From assembly GCA_963700285.1 (NCBI GenBank), contig CAVOXA010000010.1:1696001-1760000 (forward strand): a stretch of 64,000 nucleotides of DNA, in the 5' to 3' direction. The notes beneath the pieces are model-generated. The model was not told the DNA's origin and searched no databases. It saw only the letters and a program-made list of their open reading frames with translations. The position numbers and the translations under genes are program-made. Origin of the DNA: an uncultured Chloroflexia bacterium (GTDB lineage Bacteria > Chloroflexota > Anaerolineae > JAAYZQ01). Below are positions 1 to 8,399 of the stretch, piece after piece. Position 1 is the stretch's first letter, and every line of letters begins with the position of its first letter.

Positions 1-2580
1 GCGGTTAACGACGACTACTGGGTTGACAAAGGTGGAACGCTGATGGTGGAAGCGCCTGGGGTGCTGGAGAACGATAGTGATCCGGATGGCGACCCTCTGA
101 CAGCTGCAGAGGCGAGTTGGCCCTCGCACGGGTCACTAGATCTGAACAGCGACGGATCATTCATCTACGAGCATGATGGTAGCGATGTGGTAGGCGATGC
201 CTTCACCTACGAGGTGAGTGATGGACAGGGTGGCAGCGACGTGGGGACTGTGACCATCACGTTGAAAGGTGCAGGGGCCATCCATGTCCCAGTGTCCGAC
301 TCCTGGGACGACGCCGAGGAGAGGATCAGCGACGGGAGCGTTGCCCGTAGCGGCGCCGACCTGGAGCTGGGCGAGGACAGCGCGCCCCAGATCGTTGGCC
401 TCCGCTTCTCCAACGTGCAGATCCCGCGGGGTGCCGCCATCACCTTCGCTTATGTCGAGTTCACCGCCGACGAGACGCACTCCGGCACCACCAACCTGAC
501 CTTCCACGGCGAGGCCAGCAACAACGCCGCCCCTTTCGACGACAACGATTACCACCTCTCCAGCAGGCCCAAGACCTCAGCCTCCTCAGCCTGGAACAAC
601 GTCCCCCCCTGGACCACCATCCATGCCACTTACCAGAGCGCTGACCTGTCGCCCATCGTCCAGGAGATTGTCAACCGCGACGGCTGGTCCCCAGGTAACG
701 CCCTGGCCATCTACGTGGCCGGCTCCGGCCGCCGTACGGCCGAATCCTACGACGGTGAGCCCACCATGGCCCCCATCCTCCACGTTGAATACGCGCCTCC
801 GGGCGGCTGCTACACGCTGAGCAGTGCTGTGGATCCGGTGGGTAGTGGGACTGTAAGCACCGATCCGCCGCCCAACTGCGAGGGGACCAAGTACCTGGAC
901 GGTACTGCCGTCCAGCTCACGGCCAACCCCAGTGCAGTTATACTTTTGCCAACTGGTCCGGTGACCTCACCACCTCCACCAACCCCGACTCGGTCACCAT
1001 GGATGCCGACAAGGCAGTCACTGCCCACTTTGACTCGGTCGCCTGCCATAGCTTGACCATGGCTGTTGACCCTCCAGCAAGTGGCTCCGTCAGTGCCGAC
1101 CCGCTGCCCAATTGTCCCACCGATGCAGATTTGTATGCTGCGGATACGCAGGTAACGCTAACTGCAACCCCTTCTGACCCTTATGACTTTTCCGGCTGGG
1201 CCGGTGATGCCAGCAGTTGCGGCTACAACCCCTCCTGCCTCATCACCATGGATGGCGACAAGTCAGCCACCGCCTACTTTGGCGCTGCCCACAGCCTGTT
1301 AACCGGTTTCAACCTGCTGGCACCCAATGTGGAAACGGACCCGCCAACCACGGCCGAGATGGCACTGGACGATATCGCGGCGCAGGGCGGCGACGTTCGC
1401 ATGCTATGCCGCTGGCTCAGCATGGCCGACAATTGGGAGTGCCACGTCAAGGGCCAGCCCTTTAACAACTATGTCTTGGAGTTGGGCCAAGGTTACGCCT
1501 TCCTGGCTGAGAAGGACAGTACCTGGAGGCGCACGGGCCCGCTGCCCGAGAGCACGGTATCCGTGGACCTCGACCCCATCTGGACCCTGATGGGCTTGCC
1601 CAAGTTGCCCGAGTCGTTCACGGCGGCGGAGCTGCTCCAGGAGGCAACTGCCCAGGGGGGGGATTGCACCGAGATCCAGCGTTGGTCCAATGGCGCTTGG
1701 GAGGGGTACTCCTCGGCCATGCCGGGCCCGGGCTTTGACCTGACCGACGACCAGGGCTACTTTGTCAAGTGTGCGAACAAGATCAGCTACACCCCTGGAG
1801 CGAGTGCGTCGCAGACACAGGCGCCAAGCTGGCCTGAGCCGTCAGAGCCGGAGGTCCTGGTGCCCGTCGCCGATCCGGTCATCTCCGACGTGCTGGTGAC
1901 CAACCGCCGCGACGTTGCCTTTACCGTCACCTGGCGCACCGGTCAACCGAGCACCGGCTGGGTGGAATACGGGGAAGGGACAGCCCTGGGGCAAACAGCC
2001 CATGACGATAGGGGCGAGGGATCTGTCTCGCAAGTGCACCATGTGACCCTCGCCCGGCTGATACCCGAGGCCGACCTACTATTTCCGCGTCCATTCGGGC
2101 GATGGTTCGACCGGTCCTTCGCAGGCTCAGGATGATCTCACCACAGGGACGGTAGACGACAACGATGGGGCGCTCTACAAGGTCACCACCCAAGAGACTA
2201 CCATGCCGCCGATCCCCTACCTGGCCTACGGCCAGGTCGAGACCTCAGATGGCCAGCCGGCCGTGGGCACGCTGGTGCGGGTGTGGTTGTTGGAAGCCCA
2301 ACATGCCCTGAGCGGGGCCGAAGGGGACAAGTCGCCGGAGCCGTTGTCGACGTTGGTTGATGGTCATGGCTACTGGAGCCTGAACCTTAGTTCAGACATG
2401 GACCTGCCGGCTGCAAAGTGTGAGGATCTGCAGCTCAAGCTGGGGGCTTTCGGCCGGCGGGGCAGCGAGGCAGAGCTGATCCAGCCCTCATGTAAAGTCC
2501 AACCCGTGGCGGTATTGGTCCTACAGGAGTAGAGAGCCAGTGAGAGCTATCTACCCCTTGTCTCGCGCCATGTGCCATAG
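1..2580 (+). CDS. Large secreted multidomain surface protein, 5' end outside the window (Ig-like/cadherin-like repeat, carbohydrate-binding-like domain, InlB-B-like repeats, FN3/PAP-N-like domain). Interrupted by two frameshifts and one in-frame TAG
   Basis: Frame 1 is open from base 1 (AVNDDYWVDKGGTLMVEAPGVLENDSDPDGD...LNSDGSFIY). It continues in ORFs 999-2135 and 2203-2532 after indels near 937 and 2072. Colinear with the paralog at 3098-5737. The TAG at 2530 is followed in frame by RASESYLPLVSRHVP*. Confidence 0.75.
1187..1772 (+). repeat. Copy 1 of a ~590 bp near-identical intragenic block (copy 2 at ~4402-4989)
   Basis: cttttccggctgggccggtgatgccagcagttgcggctacaac...gtcaagtgtgc occurs in both paralogs with only scattered substitutions. 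Confidence 0.9.
2104..2148 (+). repeat. Nested REP-like palindromic insertion, 45 nt, in frame
   Basis: Absent from the paralog (SGETVDNN vs SGD-GSTGPSQAQDDLTTG-TVDDN). Outer ggttcgac...ctcacca, inner tccttcg...ctcagga. Confidence 0.65.
2306..2325 (+). repeat. REP-like palindrome ccctgagcggggccgaaggg within an in-frame ~8 aa insertion
   Basis: WLLEAQHALSGAEGDKSPEPLS vs paralog WLVDEAGNEAEPLS. Confidence 0.6.
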
Positions 2581-3097
2581 ACAGTCATAACCGCAGTGAC
2601 GTACTCCGCATCCTGAGGAAAGGAGGGGCAGGTTCTGGCCAGACAGAGCCCATCGGCCGGGCATGATGGCTGTACCTCTGTTGGCGTCGATGGCCACATC
2701 CGTTGCTACGGCTTTAGAGTACCTCCCTCAAGGACTCTTCAGCCCACGCAAGTGCCATGTCGCGGCACCATACCTTTTCCACCGCTGCGTCGGGTCAGTT
2801 GCCTGGATCGCGTGCCGCAGCCCGATCCGGCCCCCTGCAGTGCTTCCTCGTAAGGGATGCCCCCTTCAGTTTTGTTGGGTTGCGCCATTCGCTGCGAAAG
2901 CCCCCAACGAATCTGTCCACAGGCACGAACGAATCGTCGGGCAGAAGCATAGCAAAAGTCATGTGCAGATTCTGTAGGCGCCGTCTGAGTGCCTGAAGGG
3001 CACTTGCACTCCAGGCCGAACAGTGATATAGTTGGGCCGCCTCCGGCACTGGCGCAGCAACGACCCCCAGAGCCATGGGCAGCGAGGAGGGACCAGC

Positions 3098-5737
3098 ATG
3101 GAACGAAGTGTGAGTTTTCACTGGCTACTGGTATTGGCAGTCCTGCTGCTGCTCGTACACGCGCCAGCGGGCGCGTCAGGGGGACGGGAGGCCATACAGG
3201 CCGCTCCGAGCGCACCTGTGATCACCGTGTGGTACGGGAGCCCCCAGGACTTTGGGGCATTGGGCAACCCCCAACGGCAGATCAACATCCTGGGCCACGC
3301 CACCGACACCAGCAATCTGACCTACTCGCTCAACGGCGGCCCGGACATCGAGTTGGCCATCGAACGCAGCAGTTCGGCGGCGGTGCCCAGCGAGGCAACA
3401 GCGATCCCACAGGCAGATCAGGGGCCGGACAGCGTCAGGGTCCGCGGCCCCTTGGGCGATCCAGGGCCAATGGGGCTTGACGCGGCAGCGGCCCTACTGG
3501 TCAGCCCCAGCCCACGCCTGGCGCAGCCGGGCGATTTCAACGCCGAGATCAACACTGCCGACCTCAGGGATGGCCCCAACACTGTGACCCTCAAGGCCAA
3601 CGACGGCCAGGCCACCGAGACGGTGGCGGTGAACTACTATGCTGGAAACACCTGGCCCCAGCCCTACTCCATCGATTGGGACAGCGTGGCTGACATCCGG
3701 GACGTGGTGCAGGTCGTGGATGGCCAATGGGCCAAGGATGGCGACAGCATCCGCACCATGGCCACAGGCTACGACCGGATCGTGGCCCTCGGCGACATCG
3801 GCTGGGATGACTTTCAGGTGACGGTGCCAGTCACCATCCACAGTTTTCCAGACCCAAATGCCGGCGGCGTGGGTGTCGTGGCCCGCTGGCAGGGGCACTT
3901 TCAGATCGACAACGAGCAGCCTGGGCGTGGCTGGTGGCAGATCGGGGCCTATGGGTTCTACCGAAATCGGGACGCCAATAATGGCGGCCCCAAGCTGGCC
4001 ATTTACACAGGCCACTATGACATTCTCAAAGATGAGAGTGGTTACAGGGTGCCGCTGAACACCCCCCATTACTTCAAGCTGCGTGCCCAAACCAAGGTGC
4101 CGGGCGAGAGCGGATTCTATAGCTTCAAAGCGTGGCAGGTGGGCACACCTGAACCGGAAAGCTGGGTCTTTGAAGTCCAGGATGTCCCGCCCGACGAAAT
4201 GTTCAATGGTTCGGTCCTGCTGGTAGCCCACGAAGCAGATGCCAGCTTTGGCGACGTCGAGATCCTCCCAGTATTGGACGTTGATGTTCAAACCGTGGGC
4301 AGTGGCTCAGTCCTCATCAGCCCCGAGTTGACCGGCGCCTCGGATGCCTATCTCTATGGTGACACCATCGAACTCACTGCCACGCCGGCCCCTGGTTGGG
4401 TCTTTTCCGGCTGGGCCGGTGATGCCAGCAGTTGCGGCTACAACCCCTCCTGCCTCATCACCATGGATGCCGACAAGTCAGCCACCGCCTACTTTGGCGC
4501 TGCCCACAGCCTGTTAACCGGTTTCAACCTGCTGGCGCCCAACGTGGAAACGGACCCGCCAACCACGGCCGAGATGGCACTGGACGATATCGCGGCGCAG
4601 GGCGGCGACGTTCGCATGCTATGCCGCTGGCTCAGCATGGCCGACAATTGGGAGTGCCACGTCAAGGACCAGCCCTTTAACAACTATGTCTTGGAATTGG
4701 GCCAAGGTTACGCCTTCCTGGCCAGCAAGGACAGTACCTGGAGGCGCACGGGCCCGAAGCCCGAGAGCACCCTATCCGTGGACCTCGACCCTATCTGGAC
4801 CCTGATGGGCTTGCCCAAGTTGCCCGAGTCGTTCACGGCGGCGGAGCTGCTCCAGGAGGCAACTGCCCAGGGGGGGGATTGCACCGAGATCCAGCGTTGG
4901 TCCAATGGCGCTTGGGAGGGGTACTCCTCGGCCATGCCGGGCCCGGGCTTTGACCTGACCGACGACCAGGGTTACTTTGTCAAGTGTGCCAATGCCATCA
5001 CTCACACCCCTGGAGCGAGTGCATCGCAGGTACAGGCGCCAAGCTGGCCTCCGGCGTCGCAGCCTGAGGTGCTGGCGCCGGTGCCCGATCCGGTCATCTC
5101 TGACGTCCAGGTGACCAACCGCCGGGATGTCGTTCTGAGCATCACCTGGCGGACGGACCAGCCGAGCACTGGCTGGGTGGAGTACGGAGAGAAGACGGCC
5201 CTGGGCCAGACAGCCCATGACGACCAGGGTGAGGGGGCAGTCTCGCAGGTACACCACGTGACCCTCATCGGCCTAACACCCGAGACGACCTACTACTTCC
5301 GCGTCCATTCGGGCGAAACCGTGGACAATAACGATGGAGATCTGTACCAGCTCACGACAAAGGCTACTGAACTGCCGCCGGTACCTTTCCTGGCCTATGG
5401 CCAGATCCTAACCCCGGACAAGAAACCAGCAGTGGGCGCGCTGGTCCGGGCCTGGCTGGTGGATGAGGCCGGCAACGAGGCCGAGCCACTCTCGGCGCTG
5501 GTAGATGGCTATGGCTATTGGTCCCTGAACCTCAGTTCAGGCATGGACCTGCCCGTGCAGGAATGCAAGGGACTGTACCTCAGGCTGGAGGTTGTCGGCC
5601 ATGGAGGCGGTGAGGCGGAGATCATCCAGCCGGCGTGTGAGGTGCAGCCCGTGGCCACGATCGAGCTGCCCGCAAAGAGCCCCACTGGGGAGACGATGGA
5701 GCTATACCTGCCCCTGATCCTGCGGCAGGCTCCATAG
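3098..5737 (+). CDS. Secreted multidomain surface protein (signal peptide, lectin-like beta-sandwich, InlB-B-like repeat, FN3/PAP-N-like domain, C-terminal YLPLILR tail)
   Basis: RBS gaggagg before ATG 3098; signal peptide MERSVSFHWLLVLAVLLLLVHAPAGA; motif TWRTDQPSTGWVEYG...HHVTLIGLTPETTYYFRV; ends ELYLPLILRQAP. Confidence 0.85.
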   Translation: MERSVSFHWLLVLAVLLLLVHAPAGASGGREAIQAAPSAPVITVWYGSPQDFGALGNPQRQINILGHATDTSNLTYSLNGGPDIELAIERSSSAAVPSEATAIPQADQGPDSVRVRGPLGDPGPMGLDAAAALLVSPSPRLAQPGDFNAEINTADLRDGPNTVTLKANDGQATETVAVNYYAGNTWPQPYSIDWDSVADIRDVVQVVDGQWAKDGDSIRTMATGYDRIVALGDIGWDDFQVTVPVTIHSFPDPNAGGVGVVARWQGHFQIDNEQPGRGWWQIGAYGFYRNRDANNGGPKLAIYTGHYDILKDESGYRVPLNTPHYFKLRAQTKVPGESGFYSFKAWQVGTPEPESWVFEVQDVPPDEMFNGSVLLVAHEADASFGDVEILPVLDVDVQTVGSGSVLISPELTGASDAYLYGDTIELTATPAPGWVFSGWAGDASSCGYNPSCLITMDADKSATAYFGAAHSLLTGFNLLAPNVETDPPTTAEMALDDIAAQGGDVRMLCRWLSMADNWECHVKDQPFNNYVLELGQGYAFLASKDSTWRRTGPKPESTLSVDLDPIWTLMGLPKLPESFTAAELLQEATAQGGDCTEIQRWSNGAWEGYSSAMPGPGFDLTDDQGYFVKCANAITHTPGASASQVQAPSWPPASQPEVLAPVPDPVISDVQVTNRRDVVLSITWRTDQPSTGWVEYGEKTALGQTAHDDQGEGAVSQVHHVTLIGLTPETTYYFRVHSGETVDNNDGDLYQLTTKATELPPVPFLAYGQILTPDKKPAVGALVRAWLVDEAGNEAEPLSALVDGYGYWSLNLSSGMDLPVQECKGLYLRLEVVGHGGGEAEIIQPACEVQPVATIELPAKSPTGETMELYLPLILRQAP
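4402..4989 (+). repeat. Copy 2 of the ~590 bp near-identical block
   Basis: Matches 1187-1772. Confidence 0.9.
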
Positions 5738-5738
5738 G

Positions 5739-5811
5739 GATGCAGTCGCTGAGCACTGCGAAAAGAGAGCCCTGATCGAGTGTGGCCAGGGCTCCTCTCT
5801 GTGCTTGCATC
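5739..5811 (+). terminator. Long stem-loop directly after the surface-protein gene
   Basis: gatgca..agcac..gagagccctg / cagggctc..gtgct tgcatc inverted arms; no clear U tract. Confidence 0.5.
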
Positions 5812-6413
5812 TCAACCATCACCCTAAAGGGAACCGCGACAGGTCCTTCTTGGACACTTTGAGCACGAAGGGTCCTGCAAAGCACCCAACCCCTCTTGTC
5901 TTTGGAGGCTCGGCTTGTTATTCTTCCGAAAACCGCCAACTCATGCTCAGAGTCACGGCTGGGGTGTCACTTGCTAGCGAGATGATTGTCTTGTCTGCAG
6001 ATGCTCCGCCTACGAGGTTTGTTGCTGGGCAGCGTTTCGGGTATAATCCGCGAGGACAATCCTTTCCGCAAGGATCACCCAGCGATTTGTGCCACGTCTC
6101 GTATCAGGTCAGGTCCGGTTTGGCAATACCATGCGGGTGGTCAGTAGAAAACGGTCTTTTGGACTGTGACCACGTACATGAGTGCACCTGATCGCAATTC
6201 ACAATGGCTGGGTCCAGGTAAGCATCAGCGTACTCCCAAGAATGTGCTCTGTAGGGTTGCCCAAATCACTCCCCAGTATCCTCTGATCTCCGGCCTCATG
6301 CAGGATCACGATGCATTTGGTCCTTCTCCGCTGGTGAGTACGTCCGAACAACCTTGTGCTTGTGCATGCCATCGAGTGCAATGCAACACGAGAAGTACAC
6401 AGGTTGTGTTGAC

Positions 6414-6441
6414 TTGCGTCCCGCAGTACCTGTGATAAAAT
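6414..6441 (+). promoter_or_regulatory. Sigma70-type promoter of uvrC, probably leaderless
   Basis: TTGCGT-16-TAAAAT with extended TG; ATG 6 nt after the -10; no SD. Confidence 0.55.
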
Positions 6442-6447
6442 GAACCC

Positions 6448-8313
6448 ATGGCAAGCAAGGCCCCTAATCACCTTCAAGAGAATTTGGATTCTTTGCCCAC
6501 CAAGCCGGGTGTGTATCTCATGAAGGATGCTGATGAGCACATCCTATATGTGGGCAAAGCGATCAACCTGCGCGCCCGTGTGCGCTCCTACTTTCACGCC
6601 TCGGCTGAGGCCAACCCCAAGGTCAAGCGGCTGGTCGCTGCCATTGCCGATTTCGATTTCATCGTCACTGCTTCGGAATTGGAGGCGCTGATCCTGGAAA
6701 GCACGCTCATCAAGCGCCACAAACCAAAGTATAACGTCCGGCTGAAAGACGACAAGCGCTACCCTTATATCAAGATCACCTGGCAGGAGGACTTTCCCCG
6801 AATCCTCATCGTGCGGCGAATGGAGCGGGATGGGGCTCGTTACTTTGGACCCTTTACTGCCTCGTGGGCCGTGCAGCAGACGCTGCAGACCCTGCGCCGT
6901 GTCTTTCCCTATCTGACTTGCAACCGGACCATTACCGGCCAGGACGAGCGAGCTTGCCTTTATCTGGATATTGGGCTCTGCCTGGGGCCGTGCATCGGCG
7001 CGGCGAGCAAAGAAGAATACCGGGCCATGATCGATGGGCTGTGTCATTTTTTGGAAGGCAAGGTGGACGTCGTCGTGGCTGACCTGGAGGCCCGGATGCA
7101 GGCCGCCGCTGACCAATGGGATTTTGAACAGGCGGCTATCCACCGCGACCAATTGGACGCTATCCGGCGGGTCATCGAGCGGCAAAAGATCGTCTCGGCG
7201 GCCATGGCCGACCAAGATGTCGTCGCTTTTGCCCGGGCCGACGGTGACGCTTGCGTGCAGGTCTTTTTTATTCGCCACGGCCGGCTCATCGGCCGCGAGT
7301 ATTTTGTATTGGATGGGGCGGCGGAGGAGACGGACCCCGAGATTGTGGCTTCCTTTGTCAAGCAGTTTTACGATGAGGCGGCTTACGTACCCCCCGAGAT
7401 CCTCTTGCCCCACGAGATCGATGAGGCATTGGTTATCCAGGAGTGGCTGCGCAGCCGGCGGGGCAACAAAGTGGTACTTAAGGTGCCGCGCAGAGGTCAG
7501 AAGCGGGAATTGCTAGACATGGCGACCGAGAATGCATCGGAGACCCTCAGCCACCTCCGCGCGCAGTGGCAGGTTGATGAGGGCCGGCAGAGCAATGCCC
7601 TGGCCGAACTGCAGGAGAGCTTGGGCTTGCAGTCTCCACCCAACCGCATCGAGTGCTATGACGTCTCGACGACGCAGGGTACGGCCACCACAGGGTCCAT
7701 GGTCGTCTTTGTCAAGGGTGTGCCCCGCAAGAGTGATTACCGCAAGTTCAAGATCCGCACTGTCGAGGGCACCGATGATTATGCCAGCATGCGCGAAATG
7801 CTGCGCCGTCGCTTCCGCAGGGTCAAGGATCCGCAGCTACCACAGTCGGAGGATGCACCGGGTGGCAAGAAATCAACCTGGGACCTACTGCCCGACCTGT
7901 TGGTAGTGGATGGCGGCAAGGGCCAGCTCAACATGGCTCTGGAGGTTTTGGCTGAATATGAGTTGCGCGATATCGTGCCGGTGGTCGGCTTGGCCAAGCA
8001 GGAAGAGGAGATCTTTGTGCCTGATCGGCCCGACTCTGTCAGGTTGCCACGTACTTCGGAAGGGCTGTACCTGATGCAGCGTGTCCGAGACGAAGCCCAC
8101 CGCTTTGCCATCACCTATCACCGCAAGGTAAGGGCCAAACAGACCATCATCTCCCAACTGGACGGTGTGCCCGGCATCGGTCCCAAGCGGCGTTCGGCGT
8201 TGTTGAAGCACTTTGGTTCCATTGATGCCATCCGCGCGGCCACCGAGGAGGAACTGGCCGCCGTGCCGGGCATGACGCGCAAGGCAGCAGAGCAGCTCAA
8301 AACGAGTCTATAG
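6448..8313 (+). CDS. uvrC: Excinuclease ABC subunit C
   Basis: GIY-YIG N-terminus (PGVYLMKD...LYVGKA..LR.RVRSYF), RIECYDVS, DGGKGQL, VRDEAHRFA, HhH GIGPKR. Confidence 0.98.
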   Translation: MASKAPNHLQENLDSLPTKPGVYLMKDADEHILYVGKAINLRARVRSYFHASAEANPKVKRLVAAIADFDFIVTASELEALILESTLIKRHKPKYNVRLKDDKRYPYIKITWQEDFPRILIVRRMERDGARYFGPFTASWAVQQTLQTLRRVFPYLTCNRTITGQDERACLYLDIGLCLGPCIGAASKEEYRAMIDGLCHFLEGKVDVVVADLEARMQAAADQWDFEQAAIHRDQLDAIRRVIERQKIVSAAMADQDVVAFARADGDACVQVFFIRHGRLIGREYFVLDGAAEETDPEIVASFVKQFYDEAAYVPPEILLPHEIDEALVIQEWLRSRRGNKVVLKVPRRGQKRELLDMATENASETLSHLRAQWQVDEGRQSNALAELQESLGLQSPPNRIECYDVSTTQGTATTGSMVVFVKGVPRKSDYRKFKIRTVEGTDDYASMREMLRRRFRRVKDPQLPQSEDAPGGKKSTWDLLPDLLVVDGGKGQLNMALEVLAEYELRDIVPVVGLAKQEEEIFVPDRPDSVRLPRTSEGLYLMQRVRDEAHRFAITYHRKVRAKQTIISQLDGVPGIGPKRRSALLKHFGSIDAIRAATEEELAAVPGMTRKAAEQLKTSL

Positions 8314-8354
8314 AAGATGGCATCTTGACCAGGGGCAGGGCAAGATGCCATCTT
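8314..8354. terminator. 14-bp perfect hairpin between convergent genes
   Basis: aagatggcatcttg...caagatgccatctt. Confidence 0.7.
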
Positions 8355-8399
8355 GCGTTGCAAAAGCGTCGCTTGTGACGTCCCAGCAGGGTTTGGCAA

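Noticed and set aside
2663-3215. Short ORFs in the 2581-3097 and 5738-6447 gaps
   Set aside because: No RBS, atypical composition and no recognisable motifs.
5524-5541. Palindrome cctgaac-ctca-gttcagg (also ~2379-2395) as a third coding REP insertion
   Set aside because: Present in both paralogs, so there is no empty site for comparison; it may just reflect LNLSS codons.
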